This document shows, piece after piece, positions 1 to 12,138 of a stretch of 32,000 bases of DNA. The position numbers and the translations under genes were made by a program. Source of the DNA: Mycobacterium leprae TN. GTDB taxonomy: Bacteria > Actinomycetota > Actinomycetes > Mycobacteriales > Mycobacteriaceae. Within the stretch, counting starts at the first letter, position 1; the number at the start of each line of letters is the position of its first letter. Where the stretch lies: contig NC_002677.1 of the NCBI RefSeq assembly GCF_000195855.1, positions 1,500,001 to 1,532,000 on the forward strand, in the 5' to 3' direction. The notes under the pieces were generated by a model. That model made no database searches, was not told the DNA's origin, and saw only the letters and a program-made list of their open reading frames with translations.

Positions 1-1
1 C

Positions 2-259
2 CTGGGCAATGATACAGCAGCACTAGCTCGCGAAATCCTAGCCCAGGTGCCGACGCCGGACGACGCGGTGCTAGTCGCCGTTTCACCGAACCAGTGCGCC
101 ATCGAGGTGGTTTACGGCTCGCAGGTCCGGGGTCGTGGCGCCGAGTCGGCAGCACCACTGGGTGTTGCCGCGGCTTCTTCGGCCTTCGAGCAAGGGAACC
201 TGATCGATGGGCTGATCAGCGCGGTCCGCGTGCTCAGTGCGGGGATTTCCCGGTCTTAG
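2..259 (+). CDS. C-terminal part of a DUF5130/TPM-like conserved hypothetical protein (truncated by window edge)
   Basis: Frame open from base 2 ([45 protein letters not shown]...) to TAG at 257-259; '[15 protein letters not shown]' style matches the actinobacterial family from memory. Confidence 0.55.
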   Translation: MGNDTAALAREILAQVPTPDDAVLVAVSPNQCAIEVVYGSQVRGRGAESAAPLGVAAASSAFEQGNLIDGLISAVRVLSAGISRS

Positions 260-905
260 GGTGGTGGTGTTGTGGTGGGCTGGTGGGGTGTGGGTGGTTG
301 ATCTGCGCTAGAAGGTTGCCGTATGTGCCGCCGACGGCCGGATCATCGATGCACTGTTCACTAACACGATACTGCTGCACCCGGCGGCATGCCTGCTTGC
401 TGGCTGAGGGCCGGTCAACAAGCCGCCGACACCGATACCAGCGGCAGAAATGGTGCAAGGGATAACATCAGGTGCGAATAGTTATACCGTGCACGGGGAC
501 GTGCCTGTTCAGGTGCGGCCACATTGACCACGCCGACACCTCAAGGCCATGACATGCACACTAAAACGCCCCTACCCCGCGGCGCTAACAACTATCCTCA
601 CACTCACGCCTGCATCGATATCGCCTTCAGCACAGCCCAGGTGCCCAGCCCCTGGCATCATCAACATGTAGACCAAGCAGCATCCACCACCGACATGCTT
701 ACGTGCGCCGCGCTAATCGTGTCCACTGCGGCAAAGCACACGAAGCCTCATCGAAAGCAGGCAGTCAGCCACCCACCAACAAAAACCCCGCAACACAGCA
801 AAACACGTCAACAGGATTCCGGGCTGCCCCCCACGACTACCGAACATATCGGCCAGTCATAAAACGCAAAAACAGCCATTTCACCCACCACCTATGAAAC
901 CAACC
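255..905. repeat. RLEP dispersed repeat of M. leprae (outer boundaries approximate)
   Basis: Contains CACCGATACCAGCGGCAGAA at 430-449 and the reverse complement of TGCATGTCATGGCCTTGAGG at 539-558, giving the expected 129-bp RLEP amplicon. It also contains the nested primer sites (CAGAAATGGTGCAAGGGA / GACCACGCCGACACCTCA) and the qPCR primer/probe region (CGCTAGAAGGTTGCCGTATG ... TTCACTAACACGATACTGCTGC). Confidence 0.93.
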
Positions 906-1739
906 GAACAACTCACCGCCACAGACACAAGACAGCAGAGCCCGGGAACCGCACGATTTTTGACGCCACTCAGGCCAAGTTGGCAACCACGTGGTAGGGC
1001 CTTTTTAGACCAGGCTGCGAAACCTGCCGCAAATGTTGCCGCGGCTTGACGGGTTCATGCGGTTTGATGCCGTTGATGGCTGGCCTCGATTGCCGGCCTG
1101 GATTACGGCGGCTTTATGTCGGCTCTGGTGCTCGTGCCGTACAGCCGACGGCGATGCTGAATTCCGATGTCAGAACACCTTTACTTTATCTAGCTGCCAT
1201 TGCTTTGCTGTCGCACAGCATGCTCGACGGTTGGCGAGCTGTGGGGCCACTCGCAGCGGAGTTGGCCAGCACCGAACGGGTCGATCGCTGTGTCCTGGCG
1301 GTTACTCGGCTGTTGATCGGGTTGTTATGAGGCAGCGTTTGGGGTGCACGTCGACTATGTCGACACCGACCAGCAGTGGCTAGCAGCCGCCGAGAAATTC
1401 GGAGTTATGTCACACGATCGGGTAAAGTTGGGCAAGTCTTGGGATCGGCACCCCGCTACCTTGTATATTGCCGCAGATTTCGCGACGTTACGCGCGACGT
1501 GGCGGACGGCATCTGTACTGATAGCGGGATCTACTACCAACCCGTGTTAGATGATGCCGTTATTCTTGATGTACACTCGTGGGTACGGTTTGTTCCTGGG
1601 CACGTCGATGCGCGCACCGTCATTCCGCGCATTTTGGACATGCTTGCCGAGGTATGAGCTTTGTTGCCGGCCGTTGAGCACGTGGTTGCATAGGAAGATG
1701 CCCCATGAGCTTGGCTAACGATGGACGAGCAAGACTGTC

Positions 1740-2141
1740 TTCGCCAGGGGGTAGGCTTGCACCGGCTCAGGCAATGTCGCCGACGACGACCCCGGTCCGG
1801 CACAGCTGCCGCGCACAATCCATGGCAACTGCTGAATGTCTGGGCCGTCGGAGCTGGCGGACATAATCTGGGTGTTGGTGTGATATGCATGTTGCGGCGG
1901 GTGAAGTGCACGTTGGCTTCGTTGGCGGCTAGAACGTTTTTGATCCAGTCAGTTTTTCCCGTGACCCAGCGTGATTGCCAACACATTGACTTCGCAGTAG
2001 GCGGTCACGATGCTCTGGTATGGCATGCCGGATTTGCGACCATGGTGAGTGATGGTTCTCGGCAGGTAAGGTGCGATTGGTGTTGAGCGCCGGGTTCATG
2101 GATTTGATCTGAAGGTGCTCGAGCCAGGGCGGGAAGATCAT
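1740..2141 (-). pseudogene. Decayed deazaflavin-dependent nitroreductase-like / Rv1598c-like protein
   Basis: Minus strand: [19 protein letters not shown]... then (shifted) TITHHGRKSGMPYQSIVTAYCEVNVLAITLGHGK, frameshift at an A-run (gggaaaaactgac), then TDWIKNVLAANEANVHFTRRNMHIT; divergent from hisD as Rv1598c is in M. tuberculosis. Confidence 0.75.
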
Positions 2142-2287
2142 CGGGACGCCTGGGGATTATTTGGGGTGATCCTTGGCTGACATGGCCGTTCCTTGAGCGG
2201 CCATGTCAGCCAAGTGGAGACAAACGCGGTGCAGGCTTGTTAGTGGCACTGTACCGGCCGGCTATCGACTCGAGCTGCTCTGGGACA

Positions 2288-5401
<3,114 letters not shown>

Positions 5402-5405
<4 letters not shown>

Positions 5406-6022
5406 GAAGTAAATCGGTTGTAGTTCTGGATTACGGTTCGGGTAATTTGTGGTCGGTGCAGCGCGCGCTGCAGCGGGTTGGTGCCGCGGTCGAAGTTACG
5501 GCTGACTCAGCTGCAGGCGCCGCCGCTGACGGGTTGCTGGTGCCCGGTGTCGGCGCGTTCGAGGCGTGCATGGCAGGTCTGCGGAAAATCGCGGGTGAAC
5601 GGACCATCGCCGAGCGGATCGTCGCGGGACGGCCGGTATTAGGGGTCTGTGTCGGCATGCAGATTTTGTTCGCCCGCGGTGTCGAATTCGGTGTGGAAAC
5701 AACAGGCTGTAGGCAGTGGCCGGGCGTTGTGACCCGGCTCGACGCCCCGGTGGTTCCCCATATGGGCTGGAACGTAGTCGATTCCGCTTCTGGAAGTGCG
5801 TTGTTCAAGGGCCTAGATGCTGGAGTGCGGTTCTATTTCGTGCATTCTTATGCCGCGCAGCGTTGGGAAGGCTCATCCAAGGCGCTGCTGACATGGGCAA
5901 CTCACCAAGTACCGTTTTTGGCCGCGGTGGAAGAAGGACCACTGGTTGCCACCCAGTTCCATCCGGAGAAGAGTGGGGACGCTGGAGCAACCTTGCTGAG
6001 CAATTGGCTTGGGGAACTTTAA
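5402..6022 (+). CDS. hisH: Imidazole glycerol phosphate synthase, glutamine amidotransferase subunit
   Basis: Class I GATase: [32 protein letters not shown]. Confidence 0.96.
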
Positions 6023-6025
6023 AGG

Positions 6026-6769
6026 ATGCTGTTGATGTCGCTGATACTTTTACCGGCTGTCGACGTGGTCGAGGGGCGCGCCGTGCGCCTGGTTCAAGGA
6101 AAGGCCGGTAGCGAAAACGATTACGGTTCAGCATTGGACGCCGCGTTGTGCTGGCAACGCGACGGCGCCGACTGGATTCACCTAGTGGATCTGGACGCAG
6201 CGTTTGGTCGCGGTTCCAACCGCGAACTGCTTTCTGAGATGGTGGGCAAGCTTGATGTGCAGGTCGAGCTATCCGGAGGTATTCGTGACGACGACTCTTT
6301 GAATGCTGCGCTAGCTACCGGCTGTGCACGGGTCAACCTAGGTACGGCCGCATGTGAGAACCCGCACTGGTGCGCACAGGTGATTGCCGAGCACGGTGAC
6401 AAGATCGCCGTCGGTTTGGACGTCCAGATCGTCGACGGCCAGCATCGGCTGCGTGGACGCGGCTGGGAAACCGACGGAGGAGACCTGTGGGATGTGTTAG
6501 AAAATCTTGATAGACAAGGATGTTCACGGTTCATTGTTACCGATGTCACTAAGGACGGTACGTTGGACGGTCCCAACCTTGACCTGCTGGCAAGTGTCTC
6601 CGATCGCACCAACGTCCCGGTGATCGCGTCCGGTGGCGTTTCCAGTCTGGATGACTTGCGTGCTATCGCTAAATTCACCGAGCGCGGGATCGAGGGTGCT
6701 ATTGTGGGCAAAGCCCTCTATGCCGAACGGTTCACCTTGCCGCAGGCACTGGCCGTGGTGCGGATGTAG
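6026..6769 (+). CDS. hisA: Phosphoribosyl isomerase A (HisA; PriA-type HisA/TrpF in mycobacteria)
   Basis: [76 protein letters not shown]; alternative ATG at 6035. Confidence 0.96.
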   Translation: MLLMSLILLPAVDVVEGRAVRLVQGKAGSENDYGSALDAALCWQRDGADWIHLVDLDAAFGRGSNRELLSEMVGKLDVQVELSGGIRDDDSLNAALATGCARVNLGTAACENPHWCAQVIAEHGDKIAVGLDVQIVDGQHRLRGRGWETDGGDLWDVLENLDRQGCSRFIVTDVTKDGTLDGPNLDLLASVSDRTNVPVIASGGVSSLDDLRAIAKFTERGIEGAIVGKALYAERFTLPQALAVVRM

Positions 6770-6779
6770 CCCCACAATG

Positions 6780-7590
6780 GATCTGTACGCGTTGATGGCC
6801 GAGGAGTCGGCAATCCTTGATGCTGCGAGTTCGTTCCTGGCTGGCCATCGCACCGATCCGGCGGCCGGCAAGAAGTGCGACGATTTTGCTACCGAAGGTC
6901 AACATTGCCATCGAACGGCGGGGCGTCGCTGTGTCGATAGAAATCACGGAGATCGGCGTGCACGGCGAGGAGTTAGAGGGTCCGGACCTGGACCCACCTT
7001 GAGTGTGGGTATTGGACCCGATCGACGGCACATGCAACTATGCGGCGGGATCGCCGATGACCGTTATGTTGTTAGCTCTGCTGCATTACGACGACTCAGT
7101 GGCGGGCTTGACCTGGATGCCGTTCATCGTCGGGTGCTACACGGCCGTCGCGGGTGGGTCGATGATGAAAAATGGTGTTTCACAACCATCGCTGGCTACC
7201 CGAGAGTGTAGCAAGGTGCTGTTCGGTGTCGTTACGTTCAATACGGGCTCACGGGGCTGGGTCCCCGGACGCTGTCGGTTGGCTGTGGTGGAAAATCTCA
7301 GAAGGTCCTGTTTGCGGTTGCACACGTATGGCTTCACCGGTACTGATCTTGCCTATGTTGCCAACGGAATTCTTGGTGAGGCAGTAAGTGTCGGTTGCTA
7401 CGTCTGGTATCACGCTGCCGGCGTCGTGTTGGTTCAGGCTGTTGGTGGTATTGTCACCGATCTGGCTGGTGAATTGTGGACAACCACGGCGTCGTGTGTG
7501 GTAAATGCGGCACCCGGCGTGCATAGCCAGATCTTCGAGATCCTTTGCGGCATGAGCGAACCGGAGGATTACCAAGATGTACTCGGGTAA
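6780..7590 (+). pseudogene. impA: Inositol monophosphatase-family gene, inactivated
   Basis: N-terminal MDLYALMAEESAILDAASSFLAGHRTDPAAGKKCDDFATE, frameshift near 6893, VNIAIERRGVAVSIEITEIGVHGEELEGPDLDPP, in-frame TGA 7000-7002, then VWVLDPIDGTCNYAAGSP...; position between hisA and hisF. Confidence 0.9.
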
Positions 7591-8362
7591 CGGTCTTGCG
7601 GTACGAGTGATTCCTTGCCTGGACGTCTATTGTGGGCGTGTGGTTAAAGGGGTCAATTTCAAGAACCTCCGGGATGCGGGTGATCTCGTGGAGTTGGCTG
7701 CCGCCTACGATGCTGAAGGCGCCGACGAGCTGGCTTTTCTTGACGTGACTGCGTCGTCGTCGGGCAGGGCCACCATGCTGGAGGTGGTGCGCTGCACCGC
7801 CGAGCAGGTGTTCATCCCGTTGATGGTCGGCGGTGGGGTGCGTACGGTCGCTGACGTCGACGTGTTGCTGCGTGCGGGAGCTGACAAGGTTGCGGTCAAC
7901 ACCGCAGCAATTGCTCGTCCCGAGCTATTGGCCGACATGGCAGGGCAATTCGGTTCTCAATGCATCGTGTTATCTGTCGACGCGCGCACGGTACCCACCG
8001 GATCAGCGCGAACACCGTCCGGGTGGGAGGCCACTACTCATGGCGGTTACCGCGGCACCGGTATTGACGCTGTTGAGTGGGCGGCCCGTGGGGCCGACCT
8101 TGGGGTGGGAGAAATCCTGCTGAACTCGATGGACGCCGACGGCACTAAAGCCGGGTTCGACTTGGCGATGTTGCGGGCTGTTCGTGCCGCGGTCACGGTG
8201 CCGGTCATAGCTAGCGGCGGCGCCGGGGCAATCGAACACTTCGTGCCAGCGGTTACTGCCGGTGCTGATGCGGTTTTGGCGGCCAGTGTCTTTCATTTCC
8301 GAGAGCTAACGATCGGGCAGGTGAAAGACGCTATGGCCGCAGCAGGGATCGCGGTGCGATGA
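7577..8362 (+). CDS. hisF: Imidazole glycerol phosphate synthase, cyclase subunit
   Basis: [68 protein letters not shown]. Confidence 0.97.
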
Positions 8363-8706
8363 CACTCGACCCAGACATTGCTGTACGCCTCAAGCGCAAC
8401 GCCGAAGGTTTATTCACCGCCGTCGTACAGGAGCGCTCCAGCGGAGACGTGCTAATGGTCGCTTGGATGGACGACCAAGCACTGGCTCGCACCCTGGAAA
8501 CCCGTGAGGCGAATTATTATTCGCGATCCCGGGCCGAGCAGTGGATCAAGGGATCGACCTCCGGCAACACGCAGCATGTTCACTCGGTGCGCCTGGATTG
8601 CGACGGCGACACCGTGCTGTTGACGGTCGACCAGGTCGGTGGAGCCTGCCATACCGGCGCTCACAGTTGCTTTGATTCCGCAATGTTATTAGCCCCTCAG
8701 GACTAG
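8359..8706 (+). CDS. hisI: Phosphoribosyl-AMP cyclohydrolase
   Basis: [60 protein letters not shown]; 4-nt overlap with hisF. Confidence 0.97.
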
Positions 8707-9139
8707 TCGGCGCCTCACCCATGCCTCTAGCAAGGCGCGGTATCTCAATCCGTTGTCCGCGGCTATCGCCGCGTGGGTCCGTTCGTGTCGGAAAAACGGC
8801 TGGCTGTATTCTATAGCGTCGAAGAATCTTGAAATTCAATACTTTTCCAAGCGTTACAGCCGAGGGTACTCGGAAGGAGAAGGATGATTCGTCTGTGGCG
8901 ATAGCCAGAATGGAGTTGGTGTCTGGTAAAGCCGTTGGCTTGTGTGGTGTCCTAGGTCCACTTGACTGGCTTGAAGCCGCCAAAATTTTTGGCATACTCT
9001 CTCCATAAGCGGGTGCCGCGTCCGTTGTAGAGTTTGGTTATTGCTCTGTCTACGGTCAGGTGTCTGACCGGATTGAGTACATCTGATTGATCGGTGACTT
9101 GGCTGGTTAACTTAATCGCCGGCGTTGATTGAGGAGTGT

Positions 9140-10260
9140 TGCAGTGTCGCTGTTCGGCGGAGTCACCGCAGCCGGAGGGTTGCCGACGGCCTGTTGATGG
9201 GCGCGGGCGCCGCTCATCCGGTTACCTACGACCGCAGTCACCGCAATTTACGTGGCAGTGGCCACCACCGCAATCAGTATCGTCGGTTCCAGCCGGCTAG
9301 CGCGCATTTTTCGTCGGCTACCGCAGTAGGCTTCGCGATGACCGATGTCGGTTCGACGATGATTTTCGGTGGCGTCCACCTCGCCGGCCGGGGTGGTTAG
9401 CGGTTGGCCGGCCAGTGCGGACGTGACGTCCGCGCACGTCGGATAACATGTGTCGGGTTTTGGGCCAGCACTTTAGGTAATGCCCACTTTGGTAGTGACG
9501 GCGTTCAAGTTATGCTCATTCGGGTCGCCGCTCACTGGGTAGCGGAGGTGGTGCCAACAGGTGCTGGCTCATAATCATCGCCGGGTTGGAGTGCTGGAAC
9601 GTGGCCGACTCGGTCAGTAGGTTAGATGCCGTGCAACCGCGTGTATGTTCAGTTTAGTTCTTGTGCCGAGATTTTCACTCTAAAATAGTTGCTCGGACGC
9701 GCAGTAGGCGCGATGCTGCCCACTAAAAACATGTTTGTCGCGGTTAGGCCGCTAATCTTGACCAGCTCGTGGACGATACCGAAATCGGCCGATCAGGGTA
9801 CCTGCCGTAGCCGACTAGCATCGCCCAGCGCGATCATAGTTGGCCGGCGTGACGTTACAATGAAGAAATCCGCGTGCATGAGTGTAATCAAGCGCTTCAC
9901 CAACGACTGAAATTACTTCGACTACGTTTGCTCGCAGCATTCCGGATGAGTATTGGCTACGTAACAATTTTGCGGCATCGGTTCCTTCCACACAAGTCCA
10001 TTGAGATCCACAGTTGTTCCTGGTGCTTGCCGTGCTCGTGGATCCCAACGATGTGCTCATCGTACACGCTCGCGGTCATGTCGGCTTCCTGGTTGAAGCG
10101 TTGATTAAATTAGAGGTTCCTGTTCAGGTCGCTGGGCAAGATTTTGACGGCATCGTGGCGTGTTAGCCTCGAATCCTGCGCCTAGATACACCAGACACAT
10201 ATTTCACCGGCCCGGGTGCGAACCGCGGTCTTGCGAAGCTCTATCCGGTGAACACCTGTC
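9140..10260 (-). pseudogene. Heavily decayed PknF-like Ser/Thr protein kinase (catalytic domain to juxtamembrane/TM region)
   Basis: Reading the minus strand from ~10250 to 9140 across shifting frames: RHDAVKILPSDLNRNL / FNQEADMTASVYDEHIVGIHEHGKHQEQLWISMD / GTDAAKLLRSQYSSGMLRANVVEVISVVGEALDYTHARGFLHCNVTPAN / ADFGIVHELVKISGLTATNMF / VGSIA..YCASEQL / TASNLLTESATFQHSNPAMIMS / YPTCADVTSALAGQPLT. These are N-lobe lysine region, HRDxKPxN-like loop, DFG, activation segment and C-lobe in the correct order. Confidence 0.85.
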
Positions 10261-10439
10261 CTCTGTCTGTTGGGCCGTCGCTTTGCGGCATGTGAACATG
10301 CTATTGAGGGCTATGGGCGGCACTCCAGGGCAATCGCGGGAGAGCGGCAGGTAATCGCGGTAGAGCGGCGCTGGTCATAGTGGTTCCGTGTTCGCCCCGC
10401 TGGGGAGCCGGCAGATGACTTTGGTGAGAATGGCGGGCG

Positions 10440-11534
10440 ATGTTGAAACGGATAGCCTGGACCGCACTGGTACCTCTGTTTGCTCTGGCCGTGCTGGCAT
10501 TGACCTGGGGAAGAGAGATCGGTCCAGTCGTGACCGCGTTACAGGCGGCGTTGCTGACCGGCGCTGTGCTGGCCGCGGTCCATCATGCGGAGGTTGTCGC
10601 GCACCGGGTTGGTGAGCCGTTTGGGTCGCTGGTGCTCGCTGCAGCGGTGACGGTCATCGAGGTGGCTCTCATCGTCACGCTCATGGCCTCTGGTGAGAAC
10701 GAATCATGGACCCTGGCCAGGGATACCGCGTTCGCCGCACTAATGATCACCACTAACGGGATTGCGGGTTTTTCGCTGCTACTGGGTTCCCGACGCTACG
10801 GTGTGACGTTGTTTAACGCCCACGGCAGCGGGGCCGCGCTGGCCACGCTCACCACGTTGGCGACGTTAAGCCTGGTGCTGCCCACTTTCACTACTAGTCA
10901 CCGTGGCAATGAGTTCTCACCTGGCCAGCTGGCCTTCGCTGCCGTCGCTTCGCTAGGACTTTATCTGCTTTTTGTATTCACACAAACTATCCGGCATCGC
11001 GACTTTTTTTTGCCTGTCGCACAGAAGGGCCAAAAAGGCCTGTTCGAAGAGGATGAAAGCCATGCCGATCCGCCCAGCGCACGGTCTGCGCTGATCAGCC
11101 TCGCATTGCTGCTTGTTGCGCTGATCGCGGTGGTGGGTCTGGCCGAACTGCAGTCGTCGGCAATCGAGCACTTGGTGACAGCAGTTGGCTTCCCCCAGCC
11201 ATTCGTTGGTGTAGTGATCGCCACGCTGGTGCTGTTACCAGAAACACTTGCGGCGGTGCGTGCGGCGCGTCGGGGTCGCATCCAGACCAGCCTGAACCTG
11301 GCCTACGGCTCGGCTATGGCCAGCATTGGGCTGACTATTCCGGCCATCGCGCTGGCTTCCATCTGGCTTACCGGACCGTTGATACTCGGCCTGGGCGCGA
11401 CCCAGTTGGTGTTGTTGGCTCTGACCGTCGTAATCAGCGTGCTGACCGTGGTGCCTGGGCGGGCTACTCGCCTCCAGGGTGAGGTGCATCTAGTATTGCT
11501 TGCCGCTTTCGTGTTTTTGGCGATCATCCCGTAA
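10440..11534 (+). CDS. chaA: Ca2+/H+ (or Na+/H+) antiporter, ChaA-like
   Basis: 364-aa hydrophobic ORF with two cation-exchanger repeats (VLAAVHHAEVVAHRVGEPFGSLVLAAAVTVIEVALIVTLM; VVIATLVLLPETLAAVRAARRGRIQTSLNLAYGSAMASIGLTIPA). Confidence 0.92.
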   Translation: MLKRIAWTALVPLFALAVLALTWGREIGPVVTALQAALLTGAVLAAVHHAEVVAHRVGEPFGSLVLAAAVTVIEVALIVTLMASGENESWTLARDTAFAALMITTNGIAGFSLLLGSRRYGVTLFNAHGSGAALATLTTLATLSLVLPTFTTSHRGNEFSPGQLAFAAVASLGLYLLFVFTQTIRHRDFFLPVAQKGQKGLFEEDESHADPPSARSALISLALLLVALIAVVGLAELQSSAIEHLVTAVGFPQPFVGVVIATLVLLPETLAAVRAARRGRIQTSLNLAYGSAMASIGLTIPAIALASIWLTGPLILGLGATQLVLLALTVVISVLTVVPGRATRLQGEVHLVLLAAFVFLAIIP

Positions 11535-11565
11535 AAAGGCAGTTACTATCGACGAGTTTGAATAA

Positions 11566-12030
11566 TTAATCGGTCGATCTGGCCCGCAGCGTCTCTAGCG
11601 CCTTGTCGGCATGGGTGTCCATGCTTAATTCGCTAGAGATCACATTGAGCAACTTTCGGTCGGTGTCGACGACAAAGGTTATGCGTTTAACCGGAATTAG
11701 CTTGTCAAGCAGACCGCGCTTAACGCCGAATATTGGGTGGCCACCCTGCTGTTGGTGTCCGACAACAGGGGGGAAAGAATTCTGGATGTTGGCGGACTTG
11801 ACTTGCTTTTGAAACAATATCGGTGCTTATGTCGACCCTGCCAGCCCCGACCGCGACGAATTCTTTCGCCAAGTCGTGGCAATAGCACGTTTCCTTGGTG
11901 TAGCCAGGTGTCACGCCGCCGGATAAAAGAACGGAACTACGGGCCCGCCGGCAAGCAGCGCACTGAGTTTATGCAGTGTTCCGGTTTGATCGGGAAGTGC
12001 GAAGTCAGTCGCGGTGTCATCGGTCTTCAT
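11566..12030 (-). pseudogene. bcpB: Peroxiredoxin / bacterioferritin comigratory protein-like, frameshifted
   Basis: Minus strand: MKTDDTATDFALPDQTGTLHKLSALLAGGPVVPFFYPAA | MTPGYTKETCYCHDLAKEFVAVGAGRVDISTD | FGVKRGLLDKLIPVKRITFVVDTDRKLLNVISSELSMDTHADKALETLRARSTD in three frames. Confidence 0.9.
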
Positions 12031-12138
12031 GGCTGCCACACTCAATCGCCCGCGCTTACGTCTGCACATCGGCACGCCATGTAGAACGGTAGTTTAGGGG
12101 CGTTCGGACGTGATAAGCCCATCTGGAAGGATGAATCG

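Noticed and set aside
260-900. ORFs 94-465, 234-458, 524-862 and 703-897 as genes
   Set aside because: They fall within the RLEP repeat, overlap on both strands and have no recognizable protein family; RLEP is regarded as non-coding.
10964-11281. Minus-strand ORFs 10953-11171 and 10961-11281
   Set aside because: Antisense to chaA, no family resemblance.
12031-12138. Possible trp attenuator/leader upstream of trpE
   Set aside because: The 108-nt gap contains no Trp-codon-rich leader ORF or clear alternative hairpins that I could identify by eye.
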